From the IMG/VR virus record IMGVR_UViG_3300026116_000006: 64,000 nucleotides of DNA. One strand, written 5' to 3'. The notes under the pieces were generated by a model that made no database searches, was not told where the DNA came from, and saw nothing but the letters and a program-made list of their open reading frames with translations. Position numbers and translations under genes: made by a program. Of this stretch, positions 29,096 through 37,544 are shown in pieces. This DNA comes from an uncultured virus (IMG/VR IMGVR_UViG_3300026116_000006) (Duplodnaviria > Heunggongvirae > Uroviricota > Caudoviricetes). Numbering within the stretch: position 1 is the stretch's first letter; each line of letters opens with the position of its first letter.

Positions 29096-32000
29096 TACTG
29101 CGCCCTCGCCCAGCCGTTACCCATCCAGCGCACCTTCACTGGCTGATCAGCAGGCGCAAACTTGCCCGGCTTGATGTGATAGGTCTCGAGCTGATCAGGC
29201 TCGATGACATAGACATGGTTGGGCTTGAGATCTTCGAACTTGGGCGGCGTGGCACCGCGCACGCCAAGATTTGCGTAAGCCTGATCCTGGAAGTGACGAA
29301 GATCGTTCTCCTTGTTCTTGGTCCACTCCTGGTTCCAGGCATTGGTGTCGAGCTGCCGGTTCGTGCCCAGCGCTTGCGACAGCTCCTGGCCGTGCTTGTT
29401 CTCCCACTGCAGCTGCCCGATCATTTGCGACAGCAAGCGCTTGTTGGCCTCGGGCTGGTACTCTGGGTTGGGCAGCGAGTGCTCGATCTGCTGTCGCAGC
29501 GCATCGGTGTTGTGCTCGCCCGCTTCCTGACCTTTGTTGATGATCGCCATGTAGGCGCTCTTCAACATCGTCTGGAACTCAGTCGGGCTCATCGATGCGG
29601 TGTCGGGCACCTTGAAGCCGATGCCGCGCAGCTTGCCTGCGATCTCGGCCTTGATCGCATTAAAGTCGCCGGTCTTGTAGTTGGTGAGCGAATCGGTGAT
29701 GTGGCTGAGGTTCGTCAGCATCTGCTGGCGCGCCGTCACAGCTTTCGACTCATTTTCATTGGTCTGGTCGTTCGCCGTCTGACGACGCTCAGCCGATTGA
29801 CGTTCGGCGAAACCCGGCACCGGGACCTTCTCGTTGTTCGGTCCAGGTGCCCAACCCTGCTGCGCGTATTGCAAAGTGAGATTACGCGCGCGCGTCATCA
29901 ATTCAGCCGACTTGGCCGGGTCGTACTGCGCCATGCGCGCGGCATCCTGCGCCAGGAGATCTGGCCGCATCTGCGGGTCGAGCTTCTCGAGGAACTTCGG
30001 ATCGTTGACGTTCACGATCGGCAGGCCGTCTTTGTCAACGGCAGGCGTGCCGCCGCTGGTCGGTCCTGGCACGACATTGGTGTCGGCCGGCGTCGGATTG
30101 GTGGGCGACGGCGCGATTGTCGAGCCGTTGCTTTGAGCAGGCGGTGGCGGGGCGGCTCCTGGTCCTGCGCTGGGTGCCGTAGGAGGCGGTGCCGCTGCTG
30201 GAGCACCGGCACCGCTCCCGCCCCCGCTTGGCCCGCCTGTCGGCGGGTTGCTCGTATCGACGGGCATGCGAGCGAGCTGCTCGCGAATGCTGTCGATCGA
30301 CTTCTGAAGATCCGGCGGCACCGGTTGGCGCGCCATCACAAAACCGGCCGCTCGCTGGCTGAGCTGCGACCACAGGTTCATCAGCTGGCCACGATTGGCG
30401 ATGTTGATGCGCTGCTGTTCCTGGCCGATGCGCTGCTGGCCCTGGCCTAGGCCCTGTTGCTCCTGTCCGAGCCCCTGCTCTTTATTGGCTTGGCTGAGAT
30501 AGGTCCCAGCGCCCGCGGCAAGACCTTGGCCGAACGACCCCGCCAGCGTGCGTGAGGGAGACCCCAACATGTTGCCCAGGAACGAGAGGCCCGACATGAC
30601 CTCCTTCTGATTTCGGTCGAGCCAGCCGCCATGGTCGAAGAAGCCGGCATTGGGGTCACGCGCGGCACGGCCGGTGTAGGGGTCGTATTTCGCGTCCCCG
30701 AAGCCGCCTGGAACAGCGCTAGTGCCCGCGAGCTGAGGAGCCGAGGCACGATCGGCAGGCACATTGGCGGCCACCTGCGTGCCACCAGGACCCGGATCTT
30801 TTTCGCCCCTGAAGAGAGCCGCGGCGCGTTGGCCATAGCCCAGCAGCTCGGGCGTCATGGCCTTATCGGCAGACTGATTGAAGATGTTCTCGCCGCCGTG
30901 CCATGCCAGGAAGGCCTTTTCGGGCGACCCGAACATCTTCGTGTACTGCTTCATCTTGTATTCGAAGATAGCGTCCTGGGCCTTGGGGTCGTTGCGCAGC
31001 TCCTCCGGCGTCATGCGCCGCCCCAAAACCTGCTCGGACCAGGGGCCGGCATTGGCGCTGTTGATCTGGTAGCGGCCGATGTCCCAGGTGTTGTTCCAGT
31101 TGGGCTTGCTCACCGTGTCGTAGCGACCGGACGCGTTTTCCATCCTCGTGATGGTGCTCCGCATCTTCTCGAGCGTGTCGTTGTCGAGATCCCCGCCCGG
31201 CTGGGTGGCGTTTGCCGGGCCTGCGGGGCTCGTAGGAGCGGTTTGCGCCGGAGCAGGCGTAGGCGCAGGGGTGGCCGTCGCAGGCGCTGCAGCGGTCTTT
31301 TTCGCCGCGGTCACGGCCGGATTTTCAGCAGGGGCTGCAGGCGGGGTGGACGGCGTGAATTGAGCAGCCCCCAGGCCCGCATCCGGGCTGGTGTCGGCGA
31401 TCTGGGGTCCAGTCGGGGCTCGAGCAGGTTTCAGGCCCTCGCTGGTGACAGGAGGCGGGGCGTCAGGCTCACGCAGCTGCTGGCGTGTGGCCTCTTGTTC
31501 ATTGGCCACGATATCGCGAGACCGGCGATCGAGAGCATCCAGGCCACGGGATTTCGGCGCGTTGATAGGAACTGCAGGCTCACGCGCCTGGGGCTTCGGC
31601 TCGTCGCCATAGCCCATATCGACGTCCGGTGTGCCGCCGTCGTCGAAACCAGCCCGGCCGCCGCGGCCGAACGGGATCAGACCCCCTGCAAAGCCGTCCA
31701 GGCCGGCTGAGGCCAGGGCATCATCGGGTAGATCTTTGGTGTCGCCGCTCACGAGATCGAATAGGGGCGGCTTGCTCGAACCGCTCACCATGCCGGCGAG
31801 CCCGCCGAGCTTGCGGCCCACACGCCCGCCGCGCTGAAACAGGGCTACGAGGCTTGCCACGGAGGCCGCGGTCTTGAGCGCGTCGCCGAAGGTGCTACCA
31901 CCCCCGCCGCTACTGCCGCTCTGGGCAGGCTTGGGCAAAGCATCGGCGGGGTCGTGCGCCATGCTCTTTTGCTCACCGACCAGGGTCGAGGTGTTCGGCT

Positions 32001-34380
32001 GGTCGGGATCCGGCACGTAGCTGTCGGCGCCGTAGGGCGAGATATCGCCGCCGCCGGCACGCTTGATGCGCCCGCCGCGCTTGGCGAAAAGGTCGCCGAG
32101 ATCGCCAAGATCGCCCAGGCCACCGCCTGCATCGGCCATATCGACCGGCGGCGCCATGTCGGTGGCGATGTTGGACGAGGCGTCCAGGCCCGAGACCTGT
32201 GCCGGAGGTGTGGCGTCAGGCGGCGGGGTCGGCGCGACATTGCCGCTGCCGTTGGGGGCACCACCCGTGTCGGCCGGAGGCGCGGCCTTATCGAGCGCGG
32301 TCTTGATCGCGGCTTCGTGGGCGGCCTGATCGCTGGGTTGGAGCGGCGGGATAGACCCGGTGGGCGGCGGGTTCGGTGCTGAGGTGATCGAGCCGGGAGG
32401 GGTTGGGCTCGAGGCCGGGGTCGGCACCCCTGAACCGAACTGCTTGCCCACCCAGCGGCCTGCGTCGCCGATATCCTTGCCGGCTTCCTTGAAATTCTTG
32501 ATATCGCTTGCCGCGTCGCTCGCCGTCTTGAGCGCGCTCTGCATGGTCGACGGCTCTTGCTTGGGCGGCTCGCCGGGCTTGGGCAGCTGGACCGGCGGGC
32601 CCTTGATCATCTGCTGGCCGCCCGACGGGGCGAGCTGCATGCCTCGAGGACCGGTGCCGATGCCGCGGGAGTTCACCGCACCGGGATACATTGCCTTCTG
32701 GGCAGCCAGGATGGCCGCCATGTCGGGCGAGCCCCCGATCGAGCCGACATCACCGCCTGCGTCGTAGTGCTTGGGCACGAGGCCGCCGTCGGCGCGCTTG
32801 ATGGCGCCACGGGTGGCCGCGTCATAGTCGACTGTCAGGTAGCCCTGGTCGCGGCCGACCGCCTCGGGGTGTTTCTTCAGCACCTCCTGGGCGATCAGGC
32901 CGAGCTGGGTGTGGGGCTGGCCCTTCATGCGATAACGCACGATTGCCTGACCATCATTGGTCTTGCCGATGACGTGGATGTCTTCTTTCAACCGCTCGTC
33001 AGAGAAGAAGGCCTGCGGCGAGTAGTTCGTGCCGCTGGTCTGGCCGGTCGAGGTGGTGGTCGAGCCCGAGAGCGCGCCCGTGCCTTCGGCGATGCCCGCC
33101 AGGAACTGGGCGACCTGGAACGGGTAGCCCTGCTGCTGCAGGAACTGATTGTAGAGGGCGGTGTCCTGCGCCTGTTGCGTCTGTTGCGCGACGGTGCCGG
33201 CGCCGAGCTGCGCCTGACCCTGCGCGAGATAATTCTGCAGGTTCTGGGTGCCGAGCCCCATCTCGGCCTGGGACTGCGTAGCGCCAAGATTGCCGTAGGT
33301 GCCGGCCGCCGTGTTACCCTGGCCAAAGAGCGTGTTCCCGGCATTGAGGTATTGCTGTGCCAGACCCAGGCCCTGACCATAGACCTGCTGGCCGAGCCCC
33401 TGCACAGCCTGACCCGTGCCGGTTGCTTGGCCGTACACTTGTTGACCAAGCCCTTGTTGCGCTTGGCCGAGCCCGAGCCCTTGCGAAAATTGCTGCTGGC
33501 CGAGACCCTGCAGCTGGCTGGCCCCTTGCTGAAGAGCTGCGCGGTTTGCCTGAGCTGCTCCAAGACCAAGCGATTGTTGCTGCTGGGCTGCTGCGAGCGC
33601 TTGAGCATAGTTCTGCTGGTACAGGCCCGACAGCGTCTGGCCCATCGCCAGATCCTGCTGGTTCGACAGCGTCGACTTGCCGATCCCGCCGCGATCGGAG
33701 CCGAACGAGCCGCTCAGGATCTGATTGCCGGTGAGATCGCGCTGCTGCTGACCGAACTGGTTCTGCATCTGCGCGACGACGGGGTTCACGACGTCGGCGA
33801 AGTTCGGCTGCTCGTATTGCTGGATCTGGGACTGGCCGAGCGCGCCTGGATTGACAGCGCCCGTGCCAGCGAGCGCAAGGCCTGTGGCAGCTTGGTTGAG
33901 AGGCTGAGCGGCACCGAAACCCTGGTTGAACGACTGGCCAGCGGCAGCATTGTAGGGCGACGCCGCGCCCAGGCCCTGGGCATAGAGGTTGCCGGCCGCA
34001 GCGTTATAGGGCTGCGCCTGGGCGCCGGTCTGACCTGTAAGCGCGATCGACTGGTTGCCGAGCCCTGTGCCGTAGGCCTGTCCCTGCTGCAGCGCCGGGT
34101 AGGCCGCACCAAAACCTTGATAGAGCGCGCTGCTGGCGGCATTGAAATTGGGCTGCCAGCTCGAGGCCGCACCTGTGATGGTGTTGATGCCGCCCTGCTG
34201 GGTCTGATTGACCGGGGCGACGAACTCGCCACCATATTGCTGGAACGGCTGGGCCGCTGCCGCCTGGGCCTGCTCGTTGACCGCGTTGTACCGCGCCAGG
34301 ACCTCAGGCGGGATCGTCGTCGACGATGAACCGCTCGAGAAATTCTGGGTCGTGCTTGTGCCGCCCTTGCCCCCGCCCAC
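29095..34380 (-). CDS. large ejection protein with internal peptidase S74-like and lysozyme-like domains
   Basis: FSDERLKEDI...GLIAQEV...VDY; ENASGRY...GRYQI...NDPKAQD...AFLAWHGG. Confidence 0.8.
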   Translation of the reverse strand: MGGGKGGTSTTQNFSSGSSSTTIPPEVLARYNAVNEQAQAAAAQPFQQYGGEFVAPVNQTQQGGINTITGAASSWQPNFNAASSALYQGFGAAYPALQQGQAYGTGLGNQSIALTGQTGAQAQPYNAAAGNLYAQGLGAASPYNAAAGQSFNQGFGAAQPLNQAATGLALAGTGAVNPGALGQSQIQQYEQPNFADVVNPVVAQMQNQFGQQQRDLTGNQILSGSFGSDRGGIGKSTLSNQQDLAMGQTLSGLYQQNYAQALAAAQQQQSLGLGAAQANRAALQQGASQLQGLGQQQFSQGLGLGQAQQGLGQQVYGQATGTGQAVQGLGQQVYGQGLGLAQQYLNAGNTLFGQGNTAAGTYGNLGATQSQAEMGLGTQNLQNYLAQGQAQLGAGTVAQQTQQAQDTALYNQFLQQQGYPFQVAQFLAGIAEGTGALSGSTTTSTGQTSGTNYSPQAFFSDERLKEDIHVIGKTNDGQAIVRYRMKGQPHTQLGLIAQEVLKKHPEAVGRDQGYLTVDYDAATRGAIKRADGGLVPKHYDAGGDVGSIGGSPDMAAILAAQKAMYPGAVNSRGIGTGPRGMQLAPSGGQQMIKGPPVQLPKPGEPPKQEPSTMQSALKTASDAASDIKNFKEAGKDIGDAGRWVGKQFGSGVPTPASSPTPPGSITSAPNPPPTGSIPPLQPSDQAAHEAAIKTALDKAAPPADTGGAPNGSGNVAPTPPPDATPPAQVSGLDASSNIATDMAPPVDMADAGGGLGDLGDLGDLFAKRGGRIKRAGGGDISPYGADSYVPDPDQPNTSTLVGEQKSMAHDPADALPKPAQSGSSGGGGSTFGDALKTAASVASLVALFQRGGRVGRKLGGLAGMVSGSSKPPLFDLVSGDTKDLPDDALASAGLDGFAGGLIPFGRGGRAGFDDGGTPDVDMGYGDEPKPQAREPAVPINAPKSRGLDALDRRSRDIVANEQEATRQQLREPDAPPPVTSEGLKPARAPTGPQIADTSPDAGLGAAQFTPSTPPAAPAENPAVTAAKKTAAAPATATPAPTPAPAQTAPTSPAGPANATQPGGDLDNDTLEKMRSTITRMENASGRYDTVSKPNWNNTWDIGRYQINSANAGPWSEQVLGRRMTPEELRNDPKAQDAIFEYKMKQYTKMFGSPEKAFLAWHGGENIFNQSADKAMTPELLGYGQRAAALFRGEKDPGPGGTQVAANVPADRASAPQLAGTSAVPGGFGDAKYDPYTGRAARDPNAGFFDHGGWLDRNQKEVMSGLSFLGNMLGSPSRTLAGSFGQGLAAGAGTYLSQANKEQGLGQEQQGLGQGQQRIGQEQQRINIANRGQLMNLWSQLSQRAAGFVMARQPVPPDLQKSIDSIREQLARMPVDTSNPPTGGPSGGGSGAGAPAAAPPPTAPSAGPGAAPPPPAQSNGSTIAPSPTNPTPADTNVVPGPTSGGTPAVDKDGLPIVNVNDPKFLEKLDPQMRPDLLAQDAARMAQYDPAKSAELMTRARNLTLQYAQQGWAPGPNNEKVPVPGFAERQSAERRQTANDQTNENESKAVTARQQMLTNLSHITDSLTNYKTGDFNAIKAEIAGKLRGIGFKVPDTASMSPTEFQTMLKSAYMAIINKGQEAGEHNTDALRQQIEHSLPNPEYQPEANKRLLSQMIGQLQWENKHGQELSQALGTNRQLDTNAWNQEWTKNKENDLRHFQDQAYANLGVRGATPPKFEDLKPNHVYVIEPDQLETYHIKPGKFAPADQPVKVRWMGNGWARAQ

Positions 34381-34381
34381 G

Positions 34382-34966
34382 CTACGTCTCCGCGGTTTCC
34401 TCCCTTACCGCTCCTCCGGTGTGGGCATTGATATTGACGCCGGTCTTCGCATTGAACAGGAAGAACGCGCCCGCCTGAGGCATGCCGAGTTGCCGCTCGT
34501 ACAGCCTGATCTTTCCCTCGGTGCGCTGATTGCTCAGGACGCCGATCAACAGCGGTAGCCCAAGCTGCTGAGCGGACGCCTTGCAAGCGTCGATCAGCAT
34601 GTGTGCCCGCCGTCCCTTCTTGTGCCTGTAGTGCGGGTGGACGTAAATCCCCCGCTCCTCGAGCACGAGATCTTCAGAATACCAAAGCTCGGTGATGCGC
34701 AACAGCGCCGCGGCCTCGAGCGGGCCCTCGTCTGGTCCGATGATCCAGACCATGCCCCGGTCCTTGTGCAGGGCCGGATAGACGTCTTGCAGGATCTTGC
34801 GCGGGCTGGGCTGGATGAAGCTGTTCTCGTCGCTCGCCGTCATGGTGAGCGTCATCATGCGATCGACGTCGTCGGGCGTGCCGAGCCGCGGCCGACGGGC
34901 CGGGCCTTCATCGAGCACCATACCCTTCTTGCCGTCGAACAGCGGATGATGGGTGCCCCCGTCCAT
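34382..34966 (-). CDS. GNAT-like acetyltransferase
   Basis: IYVHPHYRHKKG...LI motif A-like; usual position before ejection genes. Confidence 0.7.
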   Translation of the reverse strand: MDGGTHHPLFDGKKGMVLDEGPARRPRLGTPDDVDRMMTLTMTASDENSFIQPSPRKILQDVYPALHKDRGMVWIIGPDEGPLEAAALLRITELWYSEDLVLEERGIYVHPHYRHKKGRRAHMLIDACKASAQQLGLPLLIGVLSNQRTEGKIRLYERQLGMPQAGAFFLFNAKTGVNINAHTGGAVREETAET

Positions 34967-34970
34967 CGTC

Positions 34971-35369
34971 TCAGCCTTTGAACAGCACCGCGCGTACGGC
35001 GCAGTCCTTGGCCTCGAGGAGCTTGCGCAGCGCCGTCGTGCGCTCGGGATTGCGCGGCAAGTCCTTCACGAGCGCGGTCGCCAGTTCACCGAAACGTTGC
35101 GACACCTGCTGAAGATGCACAGGCAAATGCGCGTAGTCGAAGAATTGTAGAATGGGTTCATCCATCTTGACCTCGATCGTTATGATTTCGACTGCAGCGT
35201 CGGAAATCTCGGCTTCATCGAATGCTGTTTGGTGCTGCAAGTAGGCATCGATCGCAGCTGTAGCCTGTGCCCGAAGATTGTAAGGACCATTGATCGCCAG
35301 CATGACGCGACGAATGAGATCCTCGCTGTAAGGATGCGGCATGGATTGCAGCGCGATACCGTCTGACAT
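34971..35369 (-). CDS. protein with C-terminal Acb2/Tad1-like helical hairpin
   Basis: ILQFFDYAHLP...PRNPERTTALRKLLEAKDCAVRA; internal ATG at 35165. Confidence 0.5.
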   Translation of the reverse strand: MSDGIALQSMPHPYSEDLIRRVMLAINGPYNLRAQATAAIDAYLQHQTAFDEAEISDAAVEIITIEVKMDEPILQFFDYAHLPVHLQQVSQRFGELATALVKDLPRNPERTTALRKLLEAKDCAVRAVLFKG

Positions 35370-36223
35370 CAGTCCCTCTTCGGTCCTGGAAGGTTGTCGA
35401 GCTTGTTGACGAGCTGCTCGCGGAAATTTTTCACGAAAGCGTCGAGCACACGATGGCCGTGATCGAGATCGCCATTGCCGATCATTTTGACTTCGGCCGG
35501 TGAGTAGACGTGCTCGCCGCCTGCAGCAACGATTGGAACTCCTTCGCTGTCTGCGCTTGCATCAGAGGAATTGCTGTCCGCTTGGCCCCCCGATCGATGA
35601 GGACTAGGCACACCGTACGGCAGATCCTGCCCCCCGGTGTACGGCAGGCCTTCCGATCGATAGGGCAGACCGGCTTCTCCATAGGGCGTTCCCTTGGTGC
35701 GGTTATGGATGGCGAACATCGACTTCGGCAGCTGCGCCGCGATCTTGAAGCCGGCCAGCGTGTTGCCTTCACCCATGCCGCTCACGATGTCAGCAGGTAA
35801 CACGTAAGAGCCATGAGGCACATGGATTGGCAGATGATCAGTGCGCCCAGCCACCGCAGAATGGATCGGCCCGGTGTGCAGGCGAATGCCGCGAACTCGC
35901 TTAGGCAACAGAGCATGGCCACCCTCCGCACGCGCCGCGCGCTTCTTGAATTTCTCGCACCATTTGTCGGGCTCAATCTTGCCCTGGACCTCGGTGCAGA
36001 CGTGATCGTGATAATGCACGCAGATCCCGCAATGGCTGGACGGCATACCGTCGGAGTAGTGAACGCTCTCCTTGGTCGCTTTGACCTTGCCGCCCTGCGC
36101 ACGACTGTGCCGCGCTGTGTTCATCGCCGCGGCGATCGCCTGATCGCGCGGATGACCTGAAGCGATCATCTCCTTGATGTTGGAGCTGATCGTCGCCTGC
36201 GATTTTCCATGGGCGAGCGGCAT
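35369..36223 (-). CDS. multi-module late protein with HiPIP-like segment
   Basis: MPLAHGKSQ...SNI..M..GHPRDQAIAAA peptide; CGIC...C...WC; GRTDHLP..VP.GSYVLPAD. Confidence 0.7.
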   Translation of the reverse strand: MPLAHGKSQATISSNIKEMIASGHPRDQAIAAAMNTARHSRAQGGKVKATKESVHYSDGMPSSHCGICVHYHDHVCTEVQGKIEPDKWCEKFKKRAARAEGGHALLPKRVRGIRLHTGPIHSAVAGRTDHLPIHVPHGSYVLPADIVSGMGEGNTLAGFKIAAQLPKSMFAIHNRTKGTPYGEAGLPYRSEGLPYTGGQDLPYGVPSPHRSGGQADSNSSDASADSEGVPIVAAGGEHVYSPAEVKMIGNGDLDHGHRVLDAFVKNFREQLVNKLDNLPGPKRD

Positions 36224-36480
36224 CAGGATCCTTTCGTCGCCGCCAGCACGGACCACATCGATGCGGTCTGGATGTGGGTGATAGCAGTCGAGACTTCATA
36301 GATCGATGGACCATCTGCCGTCTTGGTCTTCTCTTCCCGGACGCCCTCGAGCACGGTGATCATGGCAGCGGCGAGCGATTTCAGGAGCTGTACGTCGGCG
36401 CGCTGACTGGGATTGAAGGAGAGACGCACCGCATCCTTGGCCGTCTGGCTGAGATCGTCGAGATTGACGCTGAGGGTCAT
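36223..36480 (-). CDS. Acb2/Tad1-like hairpin protein
   Basis: VRLSFNPS...VQLLK...AITHIQTASMWSVLAAT. Confidence 0.55.
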   Translation of the reverse strand: MTLSVNLDDLSQTAKDAVRLSFNPSQRADVQLLKSLAAAMITVLEGVREEKTKTADGPSIYEVSTAITHIQTASMWSVLAATKGS

Positions 36481-36935
36481 GTCGCCTCCTTCGGCTTCAG
36501 GACTTCACCCGTGTACATGGTGCGTTTGTCGACGTCACTGCCATGGGTGAAGATGATGTAGGGGTCGTTGCCTGGGCCATGATGCGGCGCATAGGGCCGC
36601 TTGCCATCGATCTTGAAGAACTCACAAGCCTCGTGACGCTCGACCAGCAGGCATTGATCGAGTAGCCAGCGCTGCCAGCTGGCGCGATTGTAGGAAGCGG
36701 GCGGCACGATCATGTAGTGCTTTACGCGATAATTCTCACCCTCTTCAGGATGGTAGCTGTCGTAGCCGCGTGTCGTGATGATCAGCGTCAAGCCTTCACT
36801 ACCCTGACCTCGACTGATTATATCGAGACGGAAGGTCCAGCCCGGACGATATTCGAGCGTCTTGACCAGTTCCTCGAGTCGATGGGGGTAATCACCCTTT
36901 TGCAAGATGAAGGATTTTTCTGGCAGCCCGTGCAT
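36477..36935 (-). CDS. hypothetical protein
   Basis: 152-aa coupled ORF, VERHEACEFF. Confidence 0.7.
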   Translation of the reverse strand: MHGLPEKSFILQKGDYPHRLEELVKTLEYRPGWTFRLDIISRGQGSEGLTLIITTRGYDSYHPEEGENYRVKHYMIVPPASYNRASWQRWLLDQCLLVERHEACEFFKIDGKRPYAPHHGPGNDPYIIFTHGSDVDKRTMYTGEVLKPKEAT

Positions 36936-37324
36936 CAGTTCCTCCCGAAGAAGATTGCGACCTTCTCGCTGGTGCCCGCTTTGTAAACACAGCCATTGGC
37001 GAAGAGCAAATCGACGGCGTAATAACCCGCGGTCGACGGCAGGGTGAAGATGTCGTTACCCGCCGCGGCGGTGGCGATCGTGGCCGCATCATTCAGGCTG
37101 CCGACCGGCGAGCCCGCGGTGATCACCGAGATGCCGCTCACGCGCACGAAGCCGGTGAACACCAGATGGTCGGCTGTGAGCTGGCCGGTGGTCTGGTTGG
37201 GCGTACGCTTGGTCAGCTCGGTGACGCCCGCGATCAGCGACTGCGCGATCGACTGCAGCGCCGACAGGATGTTGAGCAGCGTGCCGGCGGGCGCGTTCTG
37301 TTGCGGGTTGACGGGCGGTGGCAT
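36935..37324 (-). CDS. putative virion protein
   Basis: 129 aa with beta-rich C-terminus; in the tail module. Confidence 0.6.
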   Translation of the reverse strand: MPPPVNPQQNAPAGTLLNILSALQSIAQSLIAGVTELTKRTPNQTTGQLTADHLVFTGFVRVSGISVITAGSPVGSLNDAATIATAAAGNDIFTLPSTAGYYAVDLLFANGCVYKAGTSEKVAIFFGRN

Positions 37325-37327
37325 GAA

Positions 37328-37534
37328 TTATCTCGGCAGTCTCGGGAACGCGATCCCGGATCCTGTCAGGCTGGAGAGAAGCCAAAGCAGGAAGATCAGG
37401 AGGATCACGCAGATGATGATATTCTTGATCGGAAACATCGGCGGCCACGCCGGCAGCGGCATGTACCAGACGATCGAGCAGGCAATCCCTACGATCAGGA
37501 ATGCGACCAGGAGCAGGACGAGAAAGGACATCAT
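37328..37534 (-). CDS. small two-TM membrane protein (Thivi_2564-like)
   Basis: Two hydrophobic helices around YMPLP..P.KNII. Confidence 0.6.
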   Translation of the reverse strand: MMSFLVLLLVAFLIVGIACSIVWYMPLPAWPPMFPIKNIIICVILLIFLLWLLSSLTGSGIAFPRLPR

Positions 37535-37544
37535 GAAAGCCTCC

